This document shows positions 37,678 through 49,546 of a stretch of 64,000 bases of DNA, one piece after another. The stretch is taken from assembly GCA_002104905.1 (NCBI GenBank), contig MCFE01000367.1, positions 22,687 through 86,686 of the forward strand, given 5' to 3'. The notes beneath the pieces were generated by a model. That model was not told the origin of the DNA and made no database searches. It was given only the letters and a program-made list of their open reading frames with translations. Positions within the stretch are counted from its first letter, which is position 1; each line of letters begins with the position of its first letter. The DNA comes from Basidiobolus meristosporus CBS 931.73. Lineage: Eukaryota > Fungi > Basidiobolomycota. Both the position numbers and the translations under genes were made by a program.

Positions 37678-38623
37678 AGACTTGTTCTGTTGGACAGTGC
37701 CACATTGAGCCATGAGTGCCAAATGATGCTATAGTGTGCCAGGGAGGCCAAGTAAACCTATACTTAGCCACAGAGTGTGAAGCATAGCTCTGCATCTGCA
37801 TACAAAGCAGCCCCTGTGTTTCACCCATTGTGCTGGAGAATATCCATTTTTTGACCTTTTTTTAGGTCAATGTTGTCAAGGATGTGTAAGAGCACAAAAG
37901 GACTGAAGATATGCATCTGGTACTCAACATGCACGGCAATCTGAATCTAGCTACTATGGCTTGTAACATGTCACAAAAATGCATGGCACTATCTTGGTCC
38001 ACTGGTGCTATCTGGCACTATGAGTGCTTTGTATAGATCTTACTTTAGGGCTAATAATTAAATATAGTGCCAGATAGCACCAGTGGACCAAGATAGTGCC
38101 ATGCATTTTTGTGACATGTTACAAGCCACAGGAGCTAGATTCAGTGTGCTATGGGTATTGAGTACCAGATGCATGTCTTTGGTTCTTCTGTTCTCTTACA
38201 CATCCTGCACAACATTGATTCATAAAATAACGTCAAAAAATGGATTTTCTCCTGCATCATAGGTGAAACACAGGGGCTGCTTTGCATGAAGATGCAGAGC
38301 TAGACTTCACACTTTGTGGCAAAGTATAGGTTCACTTGGCCTTGCCGGCACACTATGGCATCATTTGGCACTCATGGCTCAATGTGGCACTTTCCAACAG
38401 AACAGACTTGTTGCATCATTCCAGCTGATCATAGTGCCCAATGGTGCCATAGCATGCCAGATGGTGCCTGATCATGCCACAGAGTGCCCAACAGTGCCAT
38501 ACAGTGCCAATTTGGGATCAAAATTGACATGCATATGACCCTAAAATATCAAATTAATAACAAAATATAGAGCACTTTCTGGCACTATGATCAATGGCAC
38601 AATGAAACAAGTCTAACAAGTCT
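37678..38623. mobile_element. Foldback (palindromic) element with about 340-bp arms and a 44-bp spacer
   Basis: AGACTTGTT...AACAAGTCT ends; TSD AAT (37675-37677, 38624-38626); arms 37678-38020 and 38065-38403; innermost 64 bp perfectly complementary. Confidence 0.93.
38404..38614. mobile_element. 211-bp MITE of the AGACTTGTT family, nested in the foldback's right TIR
   Basis: AGACTTGTTGCAT...ATGAAACAAGTCT ends; TSD AAC (38401-38403, 38615-38617); many GTGCC/GGCAC subterminal motifs. Confidence 0.85.
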
Positions 38624-38668
38624 AATAAAACATGCCTACTCTGAGTGTTCCTCACAAGTAGTGCCTCC

Positions 38669-38956
38669 TATTGCAAGAGTCTTGGAGATATTGGAAGTGA
38701 TTGGGAGAACAAGTGGATTATGTGGTTTTCACTTAATGATTTATTGAATGTAAAAGTAGTATTTATACTTTTAGATGGTCTTAGCATGGCAAACATGTAG
38801 AATAGGTTAAGGAAGGTCCCAAGAACATGTGTGCAAAGTTTGGGGCTGTTTGGACAACTTTGAGAATTTTCATGTTCAGGGTACCTGGTATTTTGGTGAA
38901 AATATTCCAAGTAAATCTCAACAAGGAATATGGTTAGTATTCTTTAGGATTCAACA
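38669..38956 (-). mobile_element. Solo LTR of copia family C (internally deleted)
   Basis: Matches 44869-45217; TSD CCTCC (38664-38668, 38957-38961); LTR-B sequence resumes after it. Confidence 0.9.
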
Positions 38957-40658
38957 CCTCCAAGGTCCGTTGGCTGCCAGTGTGCTTTACTGGGAGTGTC
39001 CTGTGGTGTACAATTGGAAGTTCAGGTGGAAGCAAAAAGCAGTGATCACACTGATCTACAAGTTGGTGTACTGGTAAAAGGGATGATGATATATTGTAGT
39101 GGGATTGCCTCCAGTATATACTTTTCTCACTGGCTAAGCAACTGCTAATTAAGAAGTTCTAGAAAGTTTTAGAGATCAATAGAAATCTCAACAACATCAG
39201 AATGAGCTAAGAATATTCTAAGTAGATGCTGGAAGGTTCTAAGAGGCACAGCACATCCAACAAATCAGGGATCAGTATTCTGAGACCTGTGGAACATAGG
39301 GATACTATATACGGACTGAAAATGCTATGGATGATAATGCCATTTGACCAAGTGTCAAGGGTCCTGGTGGAGGCACTTGCCTAATATAGAAGCACTTAAA
39401 TCTAATAATCTTACATAAAGTGAGTGATATTGCATAAAGTAAATAAGCAGATATTGTTGTTAGCCAGCTTGTGGGATAATATTGATCAAATAAGACAAAT
39501 GGAATAACACTAAAACATGGGTTGTAGAGAAATAGGGAAGTAGATGTTATGGGAATGGGCACATCTGCTAGTGGGTATCACTGTGACCCCACTACAGTGT
39601 TGCAGCAGAATCACTTATTGAATGGTGGACTTTAAAAGGGTTACTTGTTGAGTGTGGGGTTGGGTGTAATGTTAGTTTTGGGTATAGGGACTTGCATAGG
39701 TTGATATAATTGGGAATTGGGATACAACTGAGCCCTATGAAGAGTAATTTGGTCCCGCGGGTGGACCCAATCTGGTCAGCCATCAAGATCCCATTTAGAG
39801 ACCAACATAATACCAGCTGCTTGGAATTAGTGGCCCTCCTAACAGTTTTATGATGGGATCATTATGATGTTTTGCTAATTTTACAACCAAATAAAGGGAT
39901 AAAACATGACAATATTTTATCAGTGTTGTGACAATATTTGCATGTTATTACTGTGGTCTTTTAGCGCTCTATAAATATTTTAAGTGGATCCAATTAGCCA
40001 GGACATACAATTGCCTTATATGCCAAGGAACTTGACAGTATGTTAATGGCCTCACTACAAGACTCTGATGGTATTATATTGGCAGTATGACAGTTTACTG
40101 CTGGTTGGTATAATGCTACCATACCAATTTACAAAATGGTATTTCCTTTTTCTACCTCCCCTTGTGCAATTGATATATTCCACTGTAGATCACCCCTCCT
40201 TATTTGCTTACCCACTACTACCTTGGGTAATCCACTCATAGTTCAAATAAAAGAAAACTATGGCCTCCTGCTTACTAACCTCTACAAACATGCACACCTG
40301 CTTGACATACTTCTATCACCTCAACTTTATGGCATTTTAGTGAGATACTTGCAAAGCTGCCATATACCTTGTACTGCTGGTAATATATTCATCTTGCAAA
40401 TATATGCTTGGCTGTTGCCACTTCTGCCATGAATACCTCCTGAATATCTGCAAAGAGCTTCTTGGAATTTGGCAATGTATTCCTTCTCCCTGCTGGATTC
40501 TAGTCCCCCTTATAGGTGTGCTCTGGCTTTTGTTTGTGTGAATTCCATATTGAATGGTGTGGAAGTTGGCTTGTGACCTAGAGAAATATGGCATACCTTG
40601 GTAGAGTTTTCCTGATAAAAACTAGTTGCTTATTGCACACAACCCAACTTTGCACTAC

Positions 40659-41279
40659 TTAACTGATTACCCATGTATTGGGGCTGCTTAGCTTCTTAAT
40701 GCCATAGGTATAGGTGTCTTCATGTGCACATTTTTCCTCAGTATTTTCTAACTCCTCCTGGCTGTCCTGCATGTGCCAACTCATCACATCCATGATGGAC
40801 TTGAAGGTAATATTCTTGATGAAATTGGGATATGGTAGTACCTGCAACTTGACTTGTATTCCTATCTCCCCACACATCTGCTCCATAGGAAACTCCCAAA
40901 AGGTGAAGCAAGGCCCAATATTCTCCACGCACTGTGCAAGATGGAGTAGAGATTGGATACAGTAGCAGCAGAGATCTACATGTTCAGCTTTATGTTTGTA
41001 GCATAGCCGCTCAAATCCTATCACAAACTCTTCACACAACAGCTGCAGATGTGTCAAGTTGGCACCGGTGATCTGCTTCTGGAAAAATATTCCTACAATT
41101 TCCACATACAACTCCCATTGCTTCCAATGTACTCTTGGTAGGAATTGCTTCAGAAAACCACTTGAATAAATACATATGCAGTTCATCCAGTCTTTGCATT
41201 TGTATTGTTGAATATGCTTATGAATATTAATTGGAGCCCATGAGAAGTACTTAGGGTGGCAGATACCCTGTAATATCAT
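40659..41279 (-). pseudogene. DUF4218-like domain of the CACTA transposase
   Basis: LLHLAQCVENIGPCFTFWEFPMEQMCGEIG resembles the H..GP....W.FP.ER signature that follows Tnp2. Confidence 0.8.
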
Positions 41280-41315
41280 GCCAATTCTTTCAAATTTCTC
41301 TGGTATCTGAAAGGG

Positions 41316-42179
41316 CTAATTTAGCTTGAAATGCCCCATGTGCAACTTGGTCATCAGTATAGGGATATTGTTGAAAAGCAAATGCATTGCTCCCAGTGGA
41401 AAGCTTTTGCTCCAACAGATACCCTCTATCTTAAGTATCTCTGGTTTCTGACTGATTCCATATTCTGGCCAATGGCTTATAGCTTGCCAACTTTGCTGCA
41501 ATTGCATGCTGACTTCTGTACATTCTCTCTGTGGAAAGATGATATTCTTAGCACTGGTGCTAGGGTAATAATAATGTGTGTGAGGTATGGAGTAAATCCC
41601 CTGGATCTCACACATTTGACAGCAATACCATCCATTATGCCCAGAAAAACCTGCTATCTTGTTGATGGCTGGGGTATCTCCAATGCAGATATTAATATGC
41701 ACTTTTGCATGACAGCCACTCACTGTTGTCCTGCTGGAAAGCATGCAAAATTTATCCACCAATGGATACAGGTAGCTATCCAGGTTGGACAGTGATTTAG
41801 GCCCAGATACCAGTGAGACTACCATCAGATTATTACTCTGATACTGTAAGATGGGGAGCAGATTTATATTGATGAGAATCAGTGGCCAGCAGGATTTGCT
41901 GGTAGAGTACTTGTTTTGTGAGAGTCCATCAAGTGCTAAAGCCAAGGCATGGTCATACATACCTTCAAAGTAGCCCTTGCTCCTTAGCTGTTTGAAATAT
42001 TTGCCATCAAATATATTGGATATGCTTGCACTTGATTGATACTGAGTGCTGTACTGTATAGCTTTGCAATATTTGTTGAATGGCATCAGCTTCCTCAGAT
42101 GGGGTATGACCAGAATATATCCAGAGTGTGAATGATGTTTTCCCTCAATGGTGGTGGATTCCTGACAACTTGGACACAT
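41316..42179 (-). pseudogene. Transposase family Tnp2 (Transposase_21-like) domain
   Basis: IFDGKYF, LALALDG, CWPLILININL, GPKSLSNLDSYLYPLVDKF, IGDTPAINKIAGFSGHNG..CQMCEIQG are characteristic of CACTA Tnp2. Confidence 0.88.
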
Positions 42180-43189
42180 TGCAATGGTAGCATTCTAGGA
42201 TGTGAATGTCATGCAACTGTTAACACATGCTGGAATCAGGACAGTCTCTGGATCATATGCTGCCAGCTGCATGATGGTTGTCCACTTGTACCATGTGCAT
42301 GGTAAGTTGCTTCCTGGTATGATTTTGGCAAGAAGTAGCAATAAATCCTCAAAGCCCCCATTACTGATATTAGTGGAAACACACTGCTTCTCTAGCCACA
42401 ACATTACATCATTTGCCAGTAGATGGATTACCGGGCTCACTTGGCTTCATAAGGTTTCCTTGGGATTTGTTTCAACTGGTGTTGTCTTATTGCATATAGG
42501 GATTTGACTGGGCTCATATGTGGTATGGTTGTTAGGGGAGATAGGCTCAAAATCCATCAGTGAACCTTCTTTGCCAGAGCATTTACTCTGCATGCCATAT
42601 TCCAAATGCTGAGGTGAGCCTAAAGGCATCACAAACTCACCTGACTCAATTTGCACAAGGTGACAGAGACAGCCAGGTGCCAATATAGAAGTATCAACTG
42701 GCAAGCAAGATAACATTGATACAGTAGTGACTAATGAGTGGTTAAATATGACTTGGGTGGCAAAACACTGGCTGTGATCCTGGTAATACTTCCTATGCTG
42801 TCTGAGTGCTTCATGGCTGAGAGGCTTGCCACAATAGCCATATGGTCTTTTTTCTCTTCTCTTATGGCATTGAATCATAGTAGTCTTGTCCATGGGGCAA
42901 ACATTTTGACTTTCAACAATGTAACGCTTTGATATCACTTTTTGGTCAATACACATGTGAACTTAAGACAGTCTTGTATTTGAGACATTGCACCTACATG
43001 AATGTAGGATTCAATGACAACCCACCAAAGTAAGCATTATAAGTAAAGTTGTAGCACCACATACACATGTATACGTAACACTATTTCCCCATTGGTTTGA
43101 CTCTCTTCCATATATATGCCGCCAAAAAATAAAGCAAAGTCATCTGTTTCCCAACCAAACCCCACCACTGACAGCAACAGATGAACAGT

Positions 43190-43566
43190 TGGACAACTGC
43201 TTGCTTTGACATTCAGTGCAACAAGCAGGGCTACATCCAAAAAAGACCCTGTGGACAGTGTGCCCATTGAAGGTAATAATGCGGACTCCTCAGGCTCTCA
43301 GTCAAGTAGGCAATTGATAATCTTAGCAGAGCCACAAGCTGACTGTTATGCTCAGGCAGATGAGAATGTAATAAATGCAGTACCCTCAGCTGAAGACCAG
43401 CAAGTGGCCATGATAACATCACCACCACCCATATTAGCAAGTATGTTGTCAGCTCATACCAAAGCATTAATGAAGCAATTAGGTTCAGTGGCTGATAGGA
43501 TAGATGCAATGACCCAGAGAAGTCAGGAGATAGTCCAGAAACAGGATGAGTGGATAATACGTGTAG
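43190..43566 (+). pseudogene. ORF2 N-terminal fragment, divergent from the transposase
   Basis: TFSATSRATSKKDPVDSVPIEGNN...LASMLSAH..LMKQLG homologous to 35395-35820. Confidence 0.75.
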
Positions 43567-44868
43567 TGACTTGTGAGGCAAATCACTGGCCATGATCCTT
43601 GTAATGCTTCCTATGCTGTCTGCATGCTTCATGGCTGAGAGGCATATTACAATAGCCACACAGTCTTTTTCTCTTCTCATTCAGCATTAAATCAAAGTAA
43701 TGTTGTCCATGCAGCAAACAGTTTGACACTTGACAATGTAATGCTATTGTACCATTTTTCTGTCTATACTCATGTAAGCTTAAGACAATCTTGTATTTGA
43801 GACATTGCACCTACATGAATGTAAGATTCAATGATGACCTGCCATAGTTAGAATTATAAAAAAAGTTGTGGCACCACATACATGCATATATGTAGCATCA
43901 TTTCTCCTTTGGTTGGACTCACTTCCATATATATGATGCCAAAAAATTAAGCAAAGTTGTCTGGTTCCCAACTAGACCCCACTGCTGACAGCAGCAGAAG
44001 AACAGTTGGACAACAGCTTGCTTTAACATTCAGTGCAACAAGCAGGGATACAACCAAAAAAGACCATGTTGACAGTGTGCCCACTGTAGGTAATAATGTA
44101 GACTTCTCATGCTCTCAGTCAAGTAGGCAAATGACAATCTCTGTAAGGCCACAAGCTAACCATGATACTCAGACAAATGAGAATGTTGCATATGCAGTAC
44201 CCTTGGTTGAAGACCAGCAAGTGAGGGTAACAACATCACCACTACCTGTATTAGCAAGTATGTTGTTAGTCCATAACAATGCACTCATGAAGCAATTAGG
44301 TACAATGGTGGATATGATGGATGCAATGGCCCAGAGAAATCAAGAAATAGTCCAGAAACAGGATGAGCACCTAATATGTGTAGAGCAATCAATATCCCAG
44401 GTAGAGAAAGCAGTATCTTTACTGCAAAGAAGGAACTCAAGTAGCTCAATGTAACAGCCAAGAATTGAGCCATTTCCTGATGTAACAGCAGAGGAACACC
44501 ATACAGTCTTTGAAGCACAACAACAGTGCTCAATGATCAAGCCCACAGAAAAACCTATCACAGAGTGGGGGGGAGACAGTGTGGTGTTTATACCAAAGCC
44601 CAAAAATCAAAAGACATTGAAGATCTGTGAAGCCATTGAGTGCAATAATGAAGAGTGGGCTAATATACAAGAGGCCCTCAGAAGTCTAGCACACCATCAC
44701 CTTAAGGCCGGCATACCATGAGACCATCAGGAACTCAAGGCCAAGCAGAATGCACTTGGCTTGTTCCATGAGCATTATCCTGGACTTAAACAGGCAATCA
44801 TATTTTGAGCCAGTATTGGTATGCTAAGAAAGTATCTTAAAAATAGCAGAAACTATCAAAGGCCAAAG
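43567..44868. mobile_element. Further CACTA copy: transposase 5' end, intergenic spacer and ORF2 start
   Basis: 43567-44455 is near-identical to 35005-35890; ORF2 is cut by the copia at 44869 and resumes at 49547. Confidence 0.88.
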
Positions 44869-47800
44869 TGTTGTAAGAGTCTTGGAGATATTGGAAGTGA
44901 TTGGGAGAACAAGTGGATTATGTGGTTTTCACTTAATGATTTATTGAATGTAAAAGTGGTATTTATACTTTTACCTGGTTTTGGCATTACAAACATGTAG
45001 AATAGGTTAAGGAAGGTCCCAAGAACATATGTGCAAAGTTTGGGGCTGTTTGGACAACTTTGAGAATTTTCATGTTCTGGGTACCTGGTATTTTGGTGAA
45101 AATATTCCAATTAAGTCCCAACAAGGAATCTGGTCAGTATTCTCTAGGTTTTGAAGGTAATGATCTAAGTGACTAAGTTAGGTGAATATTTAGGTGGAAA
45201 TACAAGTTTTTACAACACTCCCACTCAGCTAAATGTTCATACTGACTAGTCCTAATTTTGACCTAAGATGTTCAAACTTGTCTCTAGCTAATGGTTTGGT
45301 AAATATGTCTGCAATCATTTCATCTGTAGGACAGTAAACTAAGCTAACTAAGTTATTCTCTATAGCTTCACATATGAAATGATGTCTAATATCTATGTGT
45401 TTGGTTCTAGTATGAAAAGTTGGATTTCTACCTAATTGTATACATCCTTGATTATCTTGAAATAAAGTAATAGGCATTTTTTGACATAGGCCTAAATCTG
45501 TAAAAAGCTTTCTTAACCACATTGCCTCTTTTGTAGCTTCACAGGCTGCCATATACTCTGCCTCTGCGGTGGAAAGTGCTATGGTTGGTTGCTTTCTTGA
45601 ATTACATGAAATTGCACCTTTACAGTAAAGAGAGGTGTATCCTGTGATGGATCTTCTGTCTTCCAAGTTTTGTCCCCAATCAGCATCAGTGTATCCCACA
45701 AGATCCTGTTCTGAATCCTTATAAGTGTATCATAACCAGATATCAGCAGTTCCTTTTAGGTATCTAAAAATCTGCTTAACTGCTGCAATATGATCAGATC
45801 CATAGTTCTGATTATGTTGGCTGACAACTCCCACTGAATATGAGATATCCGGATGTGTTCCAAGCATGATATACATTAGACTGCCAATCATAGATTGATA
45901 AGGAAAGTCAGGGCTTTCAGATGGCACCAAGCACTCTTGATTTGGTTAAGTTTTGACCAAGTTAAGGTTTGTCTCCATTGGGGTAGCTGCTGGTTTACAG
46001 TCTTCCATTTGGTACTTCTTTAGTATATCTTGAATATACTTGGATTGACTTAGGGTGATAGTCTGGGTACTTCTGTCTATGGAGAACTTTATCCCTAAGT
46101 AGTAACTAAGTTCTCCTAGATTGGACATCTTGAACTCCTTAGATAGGCTGGATTTAGTCTCTTCCAATGTTTCTAGGTTATTGGTGGCTATAATAAGATC
46201 ATCCACATATAGAGCTAATAGAATTGAATTTGCTCTATCTGGCTTATAATATATACTATAGTCAGCATTACTTCTTTTGAAACTCAAAGATTCCAAATAA
46301 GAATCTATCTTGCAATTCCAGGCCCTTGGTGATTGTTTGAGACCATATAGTGACTTTTTAAGCTTGCAGACCAAATGGGGGTTATCTTGGTCAACAAACC
46401 CATCAGGCTGGCTCATATACACATCCTCATCAAGTTCTCCATTCAAAAATGCAGTTCTTACATCCATTTGATGAATAAAAAACTTATATTTTGCTGCAAT
46501 AGCCAATATTAATCTGATGGAATTAAACTTGGCTACCAGTGCAAAGGACTCAGTATAGTCAAGTCCTTTTGTTTGAGAGTATCCTTTGGCTACAAGTCTT
46601 GCTTTGTATCTTTCAATTGTACCATCAGCCTTGTATTTTGTCTTGAAGACCCATCTGCATCCAATTGATTTTTGGTTGATTGGTAATTTGACTATGTCCC
46701 AAGTTTGATTTTCCATCAGGGCCTGATATTCCTCAGTCATTGCAGATCTCCAAAACTTTGTCTGAGGGCTATTTAGGGCCTCTTTTACAGTCTGAGGTTC
46801 ATCAATATGGACTGAATAGGTATAGGCTAAGTTTGTACCCCATTGATATAGTAATTTGGGCTATATCTTGTCCAATTGGATCTCTGGGCATTTGATACTG
46901 GAATGATCACTTCTGGGATATTCCTGGACACTGATTCTGGCTGAACTACGGTTGTAGAGTCCTCTGGAGTGAAAAGATTTTCATTGTTTTGCTCTGATTC
47001 AGTCCTGACAATTGGTGGACTTAAGATCAAATCTTTGTCATCATCTGATGTCATTTTTTGTGAAAATTTTGAATTTTCATCAAACAACACATCCCTGGAC
47101 TTGATAAGCTTCTTTGCTCTGGTATTGTAAAGTCTGTATGCCTTACTCTCATTGCAGTAGCCCAAAAATATGCATTTTACACCTTTTGGCTCAAATTTTG
47201 ACTGATTGCCGGCCAGTTTTTTGGCATATGCTGTATATCCAAATATTCTTAGATGTTCCGCACTTGGTCTGTATCCATACCATACTTCAAAGGAGTAGAA
47301 TCACAAAGTATTCTGTTATAACTCCTATTTTTAAGGTATACAGCAGTGGCAACTGATTCCGCCCAAAAATCATAGGATGATTTTTGATCATGGATCATAG
47401 ATATTGCCATATCAATTATTGAACTATTAGCACATTCTGCTACTCCATTTTGCTGTGGGGAGTATGGTACAGTAATCTCTTGCTTTATCCCATGAATGTT
47501 GCAGAAGTGGATGAAGAGTTTTGAGGTATATTCTCCACCATTGTCAGAGCGTATTTTTGTGATTTTTTCACCAGTTTCTCTCTCCACCATGGCTTTAAGC
47601 TCCCTGAACTTAGACAGAGCTTCTTCTTTTCTCTCCATGAAGTGGACCCATGTGTATCTTGTATAATCATCAATAAAAGTGATTAAATACTTCATCCCAC
47701 CTAAGGATAAATTTTGCATAGGTCCACACAGATCTGAGTGAATTAGATCTAATTTTTTCTTAACTTTGATTAACCCAGAGCTCTTGAACGGTTGTCTGGC

Positions 47801-49546
47801 TTGTTTCCCATATATGCAGGCTTCACAGTGCTCCAAATTAGCTGGGGGATCATTTTTCACTCCAGAAGTTAGCTGATCTTTGATCTTTTACGCAAATAAT
47901 CAAAATTGATGTGTCCAAATCTCCTGTGCCAAAGCATTGGTGTTTCTTCATTTAAGTTACTTATATTAGCTTCCAAATATGATGGAATATAAGTCAACTT
48001 GTATAGATTCTGATCTCTGATGCCCAAAGCAATATGAGCACCATTTTGATCAGTGATCCTGCATCCAGAATTGTCAAAACTGAAACTGAGTCCTTCTCCT
48101 GTGGACTTGCTTACAGAGAGTAGGTTCTTGGCTATTTCTGGTACATAGAGTACTTCATTAAAGATCAGTGTATGGCTTCCTTCACTGCTTCTAAGGTTTA
48201 CTTGGATAGTTCCTTCTCCCACTGCATCCAGTGTTCTATTGTCACCCATGAAAAACTTCTTAATTGGAATTTCTTGATATTGGGTAAAAAGTTCTTTTTG
48301 GTGTGTAAAGTGTTGAGAAGCTCCAGAGTCAATATACCACGTCTGAGAATCCTTGGTTGTGGTCATATTTAGTGCAGATATGAATAGTCTATCTTCAGTT
48401 GTTGCAGCATTTCCATATTCAGGCTTCTTTTGCTGATAATCTCTCTTTTTGAGACACTGGTCTGATGTGTGTCCTTGCCTTTTGCAGTAGTTGCAAAATA
48501 GGTTGCTGTTGCCTTTGTAGGGTCTTTGGTACCTCCTTTGTTGGTTATCATTGCTTATTAAAGCATTTTCTTCTTCCTTCTTATTGGTGCTTGATTATCT
48601 TAATTCTTCATCCAGGAGCCTTCCATATATGTAATTTAAGGTCAAGTCTTCAGTTCTGGACTCTAGGGCTGATATAAGGCCCTGAAACCTGTCTGTCAGG
48701 CTATTCAGGATGGTAACTATCAAATCCTCATCAGTAGTTGGTATGCCCACAGATTCCATCTTGTCTACCAGCAGGGTAACTCTGTTAATTAGATTTTTCA
48801 TTTCTACTCCTGGCAGCATCTTTGTAGTAAAGAATTTCTGTCTCAGATACATTTTCTTAGCAGCTGAACATGACTGGTAGGTGTCTTCTGATGCCTTCCA
48901 GGCATTCTTTGCTGTTTTTGCTCTTGAGCATTGAATTAGCAATTTGTCTTTAACATTAAGGCAAATGCAGTTAAAGGCACTCTGTTCTTTCTTCTGGTAC
49001 TTCAAGGCTTCCTCTCCCATGTTTTTAGGAGGGCATTCTTCTCCCATGACAATATCCCAAAGGCCTCTTTCTTGTAGCAGCATCTTCATCTTCACCTTCC
49101 ACACTTGGTAGTTAGAGCCATCCAACTTTTCAGCAGAGGGAAAAATTCCAGTAATAGCAGTAGTAGACATTGCACATAGTGACAGCTTGGGGCTCATAGC
49201 CTGTTGTAAGAGTCTTGGAGATATTGGAAGTGATTGGGAGAACAAGTGGATTATGTGGTTTTCACTTAATGATTTATTGAATGTAAAAGTGGTATTTATA
49301 CTTTTACCTGGTCTTGGCATTACAAACATGTAGAATAGGTTAAGGAAGGTCCCAAGAGCATGTGTGCAAGGTTTGGGACTGTTTGGCCAACTTTGAGAAT
49401 TTTCATGTTCAGGGTACCTGGTATTTTTGTGAAAATATCCTAAGTCCCAACAAGGAATTTGGTCAGTATTCTCTATGATTTGAAGGTAATGATCCAAGTG
49501 ACTAAGTTGGGTGAGTATTTAAGTGGAAATACAAATCTTTACAACA
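44869..49546 (-). mobile_element. Full-length but inactivated copia retrotransposon (family C, 4.68 kb)
   Basis: LTRs 44869-45217 and 49202-49546 (about 17 substitutions plus a 4-bp indel by eye); PBS 49190-49201; PPT GAGTGGGAG; gag (48595-49200), protease (WYIDSGAS), integrase (47249-47860), RT (45946-46740, LYVDD), RNase H (45229-45699) split by stops and frameshifts. TSD imperfect (CAAAG / AGAAG), but host ORF2 is continuous across the element. Confidence 0.96.

Larger units (their letters stand above)
37289..39596 (-). mobile_element. Solo LTR family B carrying nested insertions
   Basis: TGTGGTGG...CCACTACA ends; TSD GTGT (37285-37288, 39597-39600); about 1.07 kb after removing the nested elements; reverse complement of 1346-2424. 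Confidence 0.88.
35395..39790 (+). pseudogene. CACTA-associated ORF2 (divergent from the transposase), interrupted by nested insertions at 37289-39596
   Basis: Homologous translations at 43206, 43957, 49547-50676 and 6281-7880 (minus); sequence before 37289 rejoins 39597 onward, as in the uninterrupted copy near 50510-50600. Confidence 0.7.
40140..43050 (-). mobile_element. Most complete CACTA/EnSpm transposase region in the window (degenerate)
   Basis: Tnp2-like segment 41316-42179, DUF4218-like segment 40659-41279, Cys/His-rich N-terminal segment 42447-42956; stops and frameshifts between segments. Termini not found. Confidence 0.9.

Noticed and set aside
8174-38623. TA target-site duplication (Tc1/mariner) for the GACTTGTT-ended elements
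   Set aside because: Most ends read TA|GACTTG, but the nested copy starts AAC|AGACTTG and the host LTR at 8173 has no TA. An AGACTTGTT terminus with a 3-bp TSD explains both clean insertions.
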